This document shows, one piece after another, positions 38,824-50,311 of a stretch of 64,000 nucleotides of DNA. Under the pieces are notes generated by a model. It had not been told where the DNA came from. It ran no database searches and worked only from the letters and a program-made list of their open reading frames with translations. The stretch spans positions 113,958,001 to 114,022,000 of the forward strand of contig NC_086108.1 in assembly GCF_963921235.1 (NCBI RefSeq), read 5' to 3'. Position numbers and translations under genes: made by a program. Every line of letters starts with the position of its first letter. The stretch's first letter is position 1. Source of the stretch: Mobula hypostoma. Lineage: Eukaryota.

Positions 38824-39570
38824 AGTTGTACCCTAACTCACATTGTAGAGACACCAATATTGGGCCGAGTGTTTGGTATAAAATGGTGGGGGGTTGTTGT
38901 GAGGGGGGGGTTTGGAATGGAAAGTTGTATACAAAACACACAAGCTAACTGGAGACATCAATAGTGAGTCGAGTGTCTGGCATTGAAAGGACTAGACAAG
39001 GTGGATGTGGAGAGGATGTTTCCTATGATGGGGGTATCCAGAACTGGAGGGCACAGCCTCATAATTGAGGGGGAACTCTTTAAAACAGAGGTAAGGAGGA
39101 ATTGTTTTAGTCAAAGAGTAACGAATCTGTAAAATGCTCCACAACAGACTGCGGTGGAGGCCAAGCCTATGCATATACTTAAGGCAAAAGTTGATTGTTT
39201 CCTGATTGGTCAGGGTATCATAGGATATGGGGAGAAGGTAGAGGTATGGAGTTGAGTGGGATACAAGATCAACCATGATGGAATGCTGGAGCAGACTCGA
39301 TGGGCTGAATGGCCTAATTCTGCTCCTATGTCTTATGGTCTTATAAAATGGTGGGAAGGGGGTGATGTGAGAAAGGTTTGGAATAGAAAGTTGTATACAA
39401 AACACACAAGGTAACTAGGGACATCAATATCGGGTCAAGTGTCTGGTATAAAATGGTGGGGTGGGAGTGTGAGGGGGGTTTGAAATGGAAAGTTGCACCC
39501 TAACACACAAGGTAATTGTAGACACCAATATTGGGTAAGTGTGGAGTCTGAAGGGGGATTTGGAATACAG
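38824..39570. repeat. ~100-bp degenerate tandem repeat (~4 units) interrupted by a CR1 3' fragment (~38981-39341)
   Basis: Recurring AAGTTGTA...ACACACAAGGTAAC...GACAYCAATAT...TGGTATAAAATGGTGGG...TTTGGAATGGA. Confidence 0.75.
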
Positions 39571-41539
39571 TCAATGTTCAGCAACCCTTCACTAATTTGC
39601 TCCAACACACCAAACAAAGTAATGTCATCTGATGATACATATCTACAACCAAACAAAACAACGTTCCTCCAGACCACGGTGCATCGACACACACATAAAA
39701 AACAAAATGTTACCACAAATGTTGATATAATTCAAAATGGATTAGTGCATAGCACAGGTAAACAGTGAACAGCTCACTATAGCAAAGACAAGACCTCAGT
39801 GGTGGTAGGGTATTTATAAGTCTCACAGCTTGAGGGAAGGAGCTGTTAACCAGTCTGGCAGTGTATCACCTTTCTGTGGTTTATTGTCAAATTTTACCAA
39901 TCACAGTGTGTCAATTTTAGTGGAAAGAGGTCAAGCAGTCAAAGTAGTCATAGTGTTGCTGATCTGTGGTAATTAGGGTTGTGTCAAATGGTTGAAGGGA
40001 AGTAGCTGTTCCTGAACCTGGTGCTGTGGGACTTCAGGCTTCTGTACCTCCTGCCCAAAGGTAGCTGTGAGAAGCTGGCGAGGACCTTTGACGATGGACA
40101 TTGCCCTTTTGAGGTAGCACCTCTTGTAGCTACCACTGATGGTGGGGAGAGATGTGCCCATGGTGTAGTGAGCAGAGTATTTCACTTTCCTGTGCATCAG
40201 ACTGCTGTAACAGACCATGGTGCAACCAGTCAGGATACTTTGAATCCTTCGAGTGAAACTGCTCCCACTCTGCTGTTAGGAGGAAGTTGTAGGATTTAGA
40301 CTTGGTGATAACGATAGTGAAAAGGGATACTTTTCCAAGTGCTGTAGTGGTTTTCCAATGCACCTCCCATTCTTACCCTTCAAAGCAGATGGGAGTGCTT
40401 GTAAATTAGCCTAATCTCCTTTGGCCTATAGGCGACTCCACATGTACTGTATTAACACAGTAACTGTATTCCCTGGTCAGGAACACTTAGTAGTAGTGTA
40501 ATCACTCGAGTTGAGTAAGGGGTTGTCCATTGGTGGGTCATCAGGAAGCTGTAGAAGATCCACATATTCTGGTGCAGTGTAGACTCCAATAAGTGGTGAC
40601 TGTGGTTAGTATCTGAGTCTTTTGGTTGTTCAGTCCCTCCTTTCACAGTTGCCTCTTGTTCACTGCGGCACAACAGAACTCATTCTCATGTAGTGCAACT
40701 CCCTCTTGAACAGATTTCCTCCAGGTGCATCTTCCCAGGTTTTAGACGTCGTGGTGAATTTCTTCAGACTGATTTTGATCTTATCATTGAAATATTTCTA
40801 ACAATTAGTGATGGACAATAAGTGCTGACTGCCACCATCACCCACATTCCTGTGACCAATTATATTTACAACTCACTGTAAATCCATTTCTGCTTATCTC
40901 AGTCATAAAATGCAGTCTTATCTCAGACTACACAGCTGGCAAACACAGCTTCTGCTCACATTCCTGCCAAAGCCCCCAAAGAATGCTGTTTGCATCAATT
41001 AGTATACGTCAGTTACAGTCTTCCAAAGTATGCGGGACACCTCAGGGAGGATAGGAAACTTTCTGCTGTGAAAACTCTGGACTTCCATGGGGTCGGACAA
41101 CCTTGTGAAATGTAATGGGAGAGGCTGTCTGGACTGGACTGAAACAAGAGCTGTTTCATTTGCCCACAAACAGCTGACTTAGGCAATTCAGTCCTAGACA
41201 GGGGATACCTACCATTTGCCAAGCGCTTTAATCACCCCACACAAATTCACAACTGGAGGGATGACTGGATTAACTTCAGGAAGAGTAAAACGAAGGAATA
41301 CATACCAATTCTCATCGAGGGATCAGAAGTGGAGAAAGTGAGCAGCTTCAAGTTCCTAGGTGTCAAGATCTCTGAGGACCTACATGGTCCCAACATATTG
41401 ATACAGCTACAAAGAAGGCAAGACAGCGACTATACTTCATTAGGAGTTTGAAGGGATTTGGCATGTCAACAAAAACTTCTGTAGATGTACCGTGGAGAGT
41501 ATTCTGACAGGCTGCATCACTGTCTGGTATGGAGTGTCA

Positions 41540-42766
41540 TTAGATCCCCTCCAGTTCGCCTACCAGCCCAGACTAGGAGTTGAGGATGCCATCGTCTACT
41601 TGCTGAACCGTGTCTACATCCACCTGGACAAGCCAACGAGCACTGTGAGGGTCATGTTTTTTGACTTCTCCAGTGTGTTCAGCACCATCCGCCCTGCTCT
41701 GCTGGGGGAGAAGCTGACAGCGATGCAGGTGGACGCTTTCCTGGTGTCGTGAATTCTTGATTACCTGACTGGCAGACCACAGTACATGTGCTTGCAACAC
41801 TGTGTGTCCGACAGAGTGATCAGCAGCACTGGGGCTCCACAGGGGACTGTCTTGTCTCCCTTTCTCTTCACCATTTACACCTCGGACTTCAACTACTGCA
41901 CAGAGTCTTGTCATCTTCAGAAGTTTTCTGATGACTCTGCCATAGTTGGATGCATCAGCAAGGGAGATGAGGCTGAGTACAGGGCTATGGTAGGAAACTT
42001 TGTCACATGGTGTGAGCAGAATTATCTGCAGCTTAATGTGAAAAAGACTAAGGAGCTGGTGGTGGACCTGTAGAGAGCTAAGGTACCGGTGACCCCTGTT
42101 TCCATCCAGGGGGTCAGTGTGGACATGGTGGAGGATTACAAATACCTGTGGATACGAATTGACAATAAACTGGACTGGTCAAAGAACACTGAGGCTGTCT
42201 ACAAGAAGGGTCAGAGCCGTGTCTATTTCCTGAGGAGACTGAGGTCCTTTAACATCTGCCGGACGATGCTGAGGATGTTCTACGAGTCTGTGGTGGCCAG
42301 TGCGATCATGTTTGCTGTTGTATGCTGGGGCAGCAGGCTGAGGGCAGCAGACACCAACAGAATCATCAAACTCATTTGTAAGGCCAGTGATGTTGTGGGG
42401 ATGGAACTGGACTCTCTGACGGTGGTGAGAAGAGGATGCTGTCCAAGTTGCATGCCATCTTGGACAATGTCTCCCATCCACTACACAATGTACTGGTTGG
42501 GCACAGGAGTACATTCAGCCACAGACTCATTCCACCGAGATGCAGCACAGAGCGTCATAGGAAGTCATTTCTGCCTGTGGCCATCAAACTTTACAACTCC
42601 TCCCTGGAGGGTCAGACACCCTGAGCCAATAGGCTGGTCCTGGACTTATTTCCTGGCATAATTTGCATATTACTATTTAACTATTTATAGTTTTATTACT
42701 ATTTAATTATTTATGGTGCAACTGTAACGAAAACCAATTTCCCCCGGGATCAATAAAGTATGACTA
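41540..42766 (+). mobile_element. Young Rex1/Babar LINE RT fragment inserted in an older L2-group LINE fragment (~41265-43250)
   Basis: DPLQFAYQ, FFDFSS, GAPQGTVLSPFLF and KFSDDSA motifs. (ATGACT)n tail. The host ...TGCITVWYG continues after the tail. Confidence 0.88.
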
Positions 42767-44308
42767 TGTGGGGGGTGGTGGGCGGGAGGCTACTGCACAG
42801 AAAGGAAAGAAGCTGCAGAGGGTTGTAAATTTAGTCAATTTAATCTTTAGTACTAGACTACAAAGTACACAGGACATCTTCAAGGAACACTGTCTCAGAA
42901 GGACAGCGTCCATTATTAAGGACCTCCAGCACCCAGGGCATGCCCTTTTCTCACTGTTACCATCAGGTAGGAGGCACACACTCAGCTATTCAGGATCAGC
43001 TTCTTCCCCTCTGCCATCTGATTCCTAAATGGACACTGATCCTGTGAACAATGCCTCAGTTTTTAAATTTATATTATTTCTGTTTTTGTATAATTTTTAT
43101 AAAATGTATTCATTATACATATACTATAATTGATTTACTTATTTATTATTATTTTTTCTAATTCTTCTATATTTTGTATTGCATTGAACTGCTGCTGCTA
43201 AGTTAACAAATTTCACAACACATGCCAATGATAATAAACCTGATTCTGACTCTAAACTGGAGCACGGGGGAGGTACCTGAGGTACCTGGTTTAGGAAGGA
43301 ATACAGAATTGGCCCTTGTGTTTGTAGCACCATCCGGCTTGGTGGCATTCCACTCTGGCAGCTCCCACTACCGAACCCTCCATGCTTTCTTTCTACCTTG
43401 AGATTCATTTTCTTGCAGGCATTCACAGGAAAACAAAGAAATGCAATAGAATCAATGGAAAAGGACAAATAAAGAAAGACTAACAAACAAACAACGTGCA
43501 AAATAAGACAAACTGTGCAAATACAAAAATACCTAAATAATATCAAGAACATGAGCTGCAGAGCCCTTGAGAGTGAATCTGTAGGTTGTGGAATGAGCTC
43601 AGTGTTGGGGTGAGTGAAGTTATCCACATTGGTTCAGGAGCCTGATGTCTGCAGAGTAGCAACTGTTCCTGAATCTGATGATGTGGGTCCCAAGACTCCG
43701 GTACCTCATACCTCCGTAACAATCTACCTTGTACCTTATTGCTTACCTGCACTGAACTTTTCGGCAGCTGTTACACTGATTTGACCTCGAGACGGCACAG
43801 TAGCGCAGTAGGTAGCTGTAAGATCAGTATTCAATTCTTGCCACTGTCATTAAGGAGTTTGTATATTCTCCCCATGACCACGTGGGTTTCCTCCATGTGC
43901 TCCAATTTACTCCCACATTCCAAAGACGTATGGATGAGGTTAGTAAGTTGCCATGATATGTTGGTACTGGAAATATGGCTCCACTTGTGGATGCTCAGCA
44001 CAGTCCTCATTGACTTAATTTGATGCAAACAACACATTTCATTTTCTATCTATGATTCGATGTCCCTCCCCACTAACCTCCCTTCAGGCACTTATCACTG
44101 CAAGCCGCTTGTGCTACATCTGCCCATACACCTCCTCCCTTACCTCCACTCAGGGCCCCAAATAGTCCTTCCAGGTGAGGCAACACTTCATCTGTGAACC
44201 TGCGGGGATCATCTTTGTCAGCGGTCCCCAACCACCGGGCCGCGAAGAAACGATATGAGTCAGCTGCACCTTTCCTCATTCCCTGTCACGCACTGTTGAA
44301 CTTGAACA

Positions 44309-44929
44309 TAGGGTTGCCAACTGTCCCATATTTGCCAGGACATCCCGTATATTCTAAAATAGTTTGTTCCATACGGGACCGCCCTTGTCCCGTATTTCCC
44401 CCGCAAAGGTAGAGCGTTCCTATGAAACCGTTCATGCCGAAATGGCGTAAAGTGAAGAAGCAATTACCATTAATTTATATGGGAATAATTTTTGGGCGTT
44501 TCCAGACCCCAAAAAAACCTACCAAATCATACCAAATAACATATAAAACCTAAAATAACTCTAACATATAGTGAAAGCAGGAATGATATAATAAATACAC
44601 AGCCTATATAAAGTAGAAATAACATATGTACAGTGTAGTTGGGAAGATTAAGCCAAAACCGATTTCTGGAAAAAAATCGGCACATACATGCACGCGCACG
44701 TCACACATGTGCACACACAGGTGCCCGTGCAAGGCTTCATGGTCATGGTAGTCTTTCTCGGGGTAGACACAAGTGTCCTGTCAACACACACAAAAAATGC
44801 TGGTGAATACAGCAGGCTAGGCAGCAACTCTAGGAAGAGGTACAGTCGACGTTTCGGGCCGGGACCCTTCGTCAGGATTCAACTGCTACTTTTGTCCCTT
44901 ATTTGGGAGTGAGAAAGTTAGCAACCCTA
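44309..44929. mobile_element. Nested TIR element, hAT Blackjack-like MITE
   Basis: TAGGGTTGCCAAC / GTTAGCAACCCTA termini with GTCCC subterminal motifs. No clean TSD. Confidence 0.65.
44843..44878 (-). ncRNA. Minimal type I hammerhead ribozyme core in a Penelope-derived fragment (~44785-44878)
   Basis: Minus strand reads TC-CTGACGA-AGGGTCCCGGCCC-GAAA-CG-TC-GACTG. Core intact but stem I is weak. Confidence 0.6.
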
Positions 44930-46346
44930 AAAAACATGTTGAGGTGAGTTTAACGTTACTTGAACACCCCCCCCCCCCTCGCCGGCCGGTCCACAAGAAT
45001 ATTGTCAATTTCATTTTTTGCGGTGCAAAAAAGGTTGGGGACCCCTGATCTTTGTGACTGGTGCTCCTGGTGCGGTCTTCTCTTCATCAGTGAGACCTGT
45101 TGTAAATTAGGGGACTGCTTCATTGAGCACCTCCACACCATCCCACAAATGGAATTTCCGGTGGCCAAATATTTTAACTCTAATTCCCATTCCTGATAAG
45201 ATCACTGCTAATATGAATCTCAACTCTACTTCCCCATCTGCCTAGGATAGCCTTTCACCTACTTGCTTAACAAACATGTATTGTCTTCTGCTGTGAAAAA
45301 TGCTCAAGAAACTTCAAGTTCAGCGAAGTGGAATGCAAGCTCCTAATATTCAACACGTCAGGAAAGAGGAGGGCTTCACAGACGAAGTATTTGAGGCCTT
45401 GGATTAACCATCTATAAATCAGTGAACAAACAGAGATGGGATAGTATGACTGCAGGAGAGACATATGGAGGGAACCAGGCTTTTCTGGAACTACGCTCTA
45501 AGCCATTGGAGGAATGTATGTGGGGGGATATCAGCCTTCAGTTTTGTATTATACAGAGTGGTGGCTGCATAGAACATGCTCTCATGGGTAATGGTAAATG
45601 CAGATACATCAGGGGCATTTAAGGGACTCCTAATTAGGCACATATATGACAGAAAAATGGAGGGCAACGTGGGCAGGAAGGGTTAGATTGATCTTAGAAT
45701 GGGTTAAAAGGTTGGCACAACATTGTGGGCTGAAGGAGCTATGCTGTGCTGTAATGTTCTGTTTGATGGTCTATGTTGTCCAACAATTACAAGGGTGTGC
45801 ACATGGGTAACACAGGGAGGATACACAAACTGTCCTTAGTGCCCTGGCACAAAGAGTGGGGTGGATGGACAGCGGGGAGATAGAGTAGAGAAAAGAGAGA
45901 TGTGGCACAGGGGAAAGTATAGTTAGGGAAATAGACACTGTTCTCTGCGGCAAATACAGAGTTTCCCAAAGGTTGGGTTGCCTGACCGGTGCTTGGATTA
46001 AGGACATATCTGTTGAAGTGTGAGGTGGAGGATCCACTTGGGCATTCACAAGATGTGTAGGACTAGGACGGGAGTACTGATTAAGGGGTTATGAGTAACA
46101 CGGGGACAATTAAAAAGCAGAAACACAGAAACAAAATCTCCCATTCCCTGAGCCATGTGTAAATTGACAAAGGGTAAATGGGATTAGAAGGATAACTGTT
46201 CAGCTCAGTGCAGGGTGAGGGAGAAAAGGATTCTGATTCCCCAGACACTGGCACCAGTACTAGGGAACAGACAGATATTCCAATGGAACATATGAATCGT
46301 GTTGGGACAAGTGACCCGACAAATCACCTTTCTAGGATTGCAGACA

Positions 46347-46549
46347 CGAGGAATTCTGCAGATGCTGGAAATCCAAGCAACACACATCAAAGTTGCTGGT
46401 GAACACAGCAGGCCAGGCAGCATCTCTAGGAAGCGGTACAGTCGACGTTTCAGGCCGAGACCCTTCGTCAGGACTAACGAAATGTCCACTGTACCTCTTC
46501 CTAGAGATGCTGCCTGGCCTACTGCGTTCACCAGCAACTTTGATGCGTG
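46347..46549 (-). mobile_element. Fold-back Penelope-derived short insertion
   Basis: 18-bp direct repeat TTTCTAGGATTGCAGACA (46329-46346, 46550-46567). Inverted arms of ~60 bp surround a hammerhead. Confidence 0.85.
46439..46476 (-). ncRNA. Minimal type I hammerhead ribozyme
   Basis: Minus strand reads AGTC-CTGACGA-AGGG TCTCGG CCT-GAAA-CG-TC-GACT. Conserved CUGANGA, GAAA and GUC; stem I is AGUC/GACU. Confidence 0.75.
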
Positions 46550-47270
46550 TTTCTAGGATTGCAGACAGGGTTTTAAACTAAACGAGAAGGAGTGGGTAGG
46601 GGAGAAAGTGAGAGTAAAGTGACACAGGGCAGTGAAAGAGGAGTGGACAAATGTGGCAGGCTGGGCAGAAAATATAAAACTAAGAACCACAGAGCAAATT
46701 CAGAGCAGTAAAATAAATCACAGATTAATTTGTATTTGAGCCCTGATAGTATTTTAAATAAGATAGATAAGTTAACATTATAACCACATATAACAAATAT
46801 AAGCAATCACTTTCAAGGACTTTACAACTCATATTCTCAATATTTTTATTCATTATTTATTTTTTCTTGTATTTGCATAATTTGTTGTCTTTTGCACATT
46901 GTTTGTCAATCTTTTGTCATGTGTGGTTTTTCACTGAATCTATTTTGTTTCTTTGTATTTACTGTGAATGCCCACAAGAAAATGAATCTTAAGGTAGTGT
47001 ATGATGTCACATATACTTTAAATGTATATTACAATATAGAACATTAACCAGAACTGGACAGCAACTGCTCCTTTGGCTCAAGATGTCTGTGACAACCATA
47101 TCCCAATTTTCTGCAGCATGGTCCACATCCCTTCACCTTCTGCCTTTTCATGTCTCTTGTTTAAATGCCGCAAATGTTGTTATTTATCTGCTCCCACCAC
47201 CTCCAAGTTCAAGGTTATTGTGATCTGACCGTACATATATACAACCAAACAAAACAATGTTCCTCACATA

Positions 47271-48882
47271 CAGTGCCCATAAAAAGTATTCACCCCCCTC
47301 CCCGGAAGGTTTCATGTTTTATTGTTTTACAACATTGAATCAAAGTGGATTTAATTTAGCTTTTTTGACACTGATCAACAGAAAAAGACTCTTTCAAGTC
47401 AAAGTGAAAACAGATTCCTACAAAGTGATTTAAATTAATTACAAATGTAAAATACAAAGTAATTGATTGCAATAGTATTCACCCCCCTTTAATATGACAC
47501 ACCGAATCATCACTGGTGCAACCAATTGGTTTTGCAAGTCACATAATCACTTAAATGGAGATCTGTTTTTGGAAACCTATGTGTAGTCAATTTGCTTCAA
47601 TTGATTTTAGTAAAAATACACCTGCACCTGGACGGTCCATTTGCTGATGAGTCAGTATCTGGCAAAAACTACACCATGAAGACAAAAGAACACTCGAAGC
47701 ACCCTCAAGAAAAAGTTACTGAAAAACACAAATCAAGGGATGGACACAAGAAAATTTCCAAGTCACTGATTATCCCTTGAAGTCAATCATCAAGAATTGG
47801 AAAGAATATGGCACAGCTGTAAATCTGCCTAGAGTAGGCCGTCCTCAAAAACCATGCAAGAAGGGGACTAGTGAAGGAGGCCACCAAGAGACCCATGACA
47901 ACTCTGGAAGAGTTACAAGCTTCAGTGGCAGAGATGGGAAAGATTGTGCATACAACAACTGTTGCCCGGGTGCTTCACCTGTTACAGCTTTATGGAGAGT
48001 AACAAAAAGAAAGCCATTGTTGAAAAATAAACTCACATGAAATCTTGGTTAGAGTTTGCCAGAAGGCACGTGGGATACTCTGAAATCAGCTGGAAGAAGG
48101 TTCTACCGTCTGATGAAACCAAAATTGTCCTTTTTTACCATCAGACCAAATGCTATATTTGGCGAAAGCCAAACACCACACATCATCAAAACACTCCATC
48201 CCTACCGTGAAGCATGGATTTGGCTGCATCATGCTGTGGGGATGCTTCACTGTAGCAGGCCCTAGAAGGCTTGTAAAGGTAGACAATAAAATGAATGCAG
48301 CAAAATACAGTGAAATCCTGGAGAAAAACCTGATGCAATCTGCAAGAGAACGGCGACTTGGGAAAAGATCTGTTTTCCAGCAAGACAATGACCCCAAGCA
48401 TAAAGCCAAAGCTACACAGGAATGGCTTAAAAACAACAAAGTTATTATGTCCTGGAGTGGCCAAGTCAGAGTCCAGACCTCAATCCAATTGGGAATTTGT
48501 GGCTGGACTTAAAAAGGGCTGCTCACACACGATCCCCATGCAATCTGACCGAGCTTGTGCAGTTTTGTAAAGACGAATGGGGAAAAATTACAGTGTCCAG
48601 ATGTGCAAAGCTGCTGGAGACCTATCCACACAGACTCAAGGCTGTAATTGCTGCCAAAGGTACATCTACTAAATACTGACTTAAAGGTGGTAAGTGAGTA
48701 TGCAATCAATTGTTTTCGTTTAATAATTGTAATAAATTTAGACAAATTTGTAGAAATTTGTTTTCACTTTCCTGTTGATCAGTGCCAAAAAAGCCAAATT
48801 AAATCCAATGTGATTCAATGCTGTAAAACAATAAAACATGAAAACTTCCGGGGGGGGGGGGGAATACTTTTTACAGGCACTG
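47271..48882 (+). mobile_element. Full-length decayed Tc1 transposon, IR/DR type, Passport-like transposase N-terminus
   Basis: TA|CAGTGCC...GGCACTG|TA with long TIRs and an internal AGTATTCACCCCC repeat. Frameshifted transposase 47677-48679 (MKTKEHSK, IMLWGCF, FQQDNDPKH, KGTSTKY*). Confidence 0.92.
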
Positions 48883-49025
48883 TATATTACACACAGTACA
48901 TAGTACTGTACATAAGCCTCGGGCACGGACTGCATATATAGCTAGGGATTCTAAGACTTTTGCATCGTACTGCAGTAAATTTATATATTGCACTGTACTG
49001 CTGCAAAAAAAAAGTTCATGACATA

Positions 49026-50311
49026 CAGTGGCATGCAAAAGTTTGGGCACCCCGGTCAAAATTTCTGTTACTGTGAATAGCTAAGCGAGTAAAAGATGAA
49101 CCGGTTTCCAAAAGGCATAAAGTTAAAGATGACACATTTCTTTAATATTTTAAGAAAAGTTTTTTATTTCCATCTTTTACAGTTTCAAAATAACAAAAAA
49201 GGAAAAGGGCCCAAAGCAAAAGTTTGGACACCCTGCATGGTCAGTACTTAGTAGCACCACCTTTGGCAAGTATCACAGCTTGTAAACGCTTTTTGTAGCC
49301 AGCTAAGAGTCTTTCAATTCTTGTTTGGGGGATTTTCGCCCATTCTTCCTTGCAAAAGCCTTCTAGTTCTGTGAGATTCTTGGGCTGTCTTGCATGCACT
49401 GTTCATTTGTCTATCCACAGATTTTCGATGATGTTTAGGTCGGGGGACTGTCAGGGCCATGGCAAAACCTTCAGCTTGCACCTCTTGAGGTAGTCCATTG
49501 TGGATTTTGAGGTGTGTTTAGGTTCATTATCCTGTTGTGGAAGCCATCCTCTTTTCATCTTCAGCTTTTTTACAGACGGTGTGATGTTTGCTTCCAGAAT
49601 TTGCTGGTATTTAATTGAATTCATTCTCCCCTTTACCAGTAAATGTTCCCTGCGCCACTGGCTGCAACACAAGCCCAAAGCATGATCGATCCACCCCTGT
49701 GCTTAACAGTTGGAGAGGTGTTCTTTTCATGAAATTCTGCACCCTTTTTTCTCCAAACATACCTTTGCTCATTGCAGCCAAAAAGTTCTATTCAAAAGGT
49801 TTAAAGGAACATCTAAACAAGCCTGATGTATTTTGGAAACAAGTCCTGTGGACTGATGAAGTTTTGCCATGGTCCTCACAGTCCCCTGACCTAAACATCA
49901 TCGAAAATCTGTGGATAGACCTCAAAAGAGCAGTGCATGCAAGACGGCCCAGAAATCTCACAGAACTAGAAGCCTTTTGCAAGGAAGAATAGGCAAAAAT
50001 CCCCCAAAGAAGAATTGAAAGACTCTTAGCTGCCTACAGAAAGCGTTTATAAGCTGTGATACTTGCCAAAGGGGGTATTACTAAGTACTACCATGCAGGG
50101 TGCCCAAACTTTTGTTTCGGGCCCTTTTCCTTTTTTGTTATTTTGAAACTGTAAAAAATGGAAATAAAAAAGTTTTCTTGCTTAAAATATTAAAAGAAAT
50201 GTGTCATCTTTAACTTTATGCCTTTTGGAAATCAGGTAATCTTTTACTCGCTTAGCTATTCACAGTAACAGAAATTTTGACCACGGGTGCCCAAATGTTT
50301 GCATGCCACTG
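49026..50311. mobile_element. Rearranged palindromic Tc1 element made of two right ends
   Basis: TA|CAGTGGCATGCAAA...TTTGCATGCCACTG|TA. The transposase C-terminus is present on both strands, converging at a junction near 49792. Confidence 0.9.

Larger units (their letters stand above)
44219..45047 (+). mobile_element. Non-autonomous derivative (MITE) of the Charlie/Buster hAT at 14110-17254
   Basis: CAGCGGTCCCCAACC / GGTTGGGGACCCCTG TIRs. Perfect 8-bp TSD ATCTTTGT (44211-44218, 45048-45055). Subterminal sequence is shared with the long copy. Confidence 0.9.
44065..45195 (+). mobile_element. Penelope-like GIY-YIG endonuclease fragment, split by a hAT MITE
   Basis: Translates CYICPYTSSLT..QGPK*SFQVRQHFICE..GIIF | CDWCSWCGLLFISET..LGDCFIEHL. 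Confidence 0.75.

Noticed and set aside
45800..46700. Unique coding exon
   Set aside because: Resembles a heavily decayed CR1 ORF1 esterase region, with no open frame.
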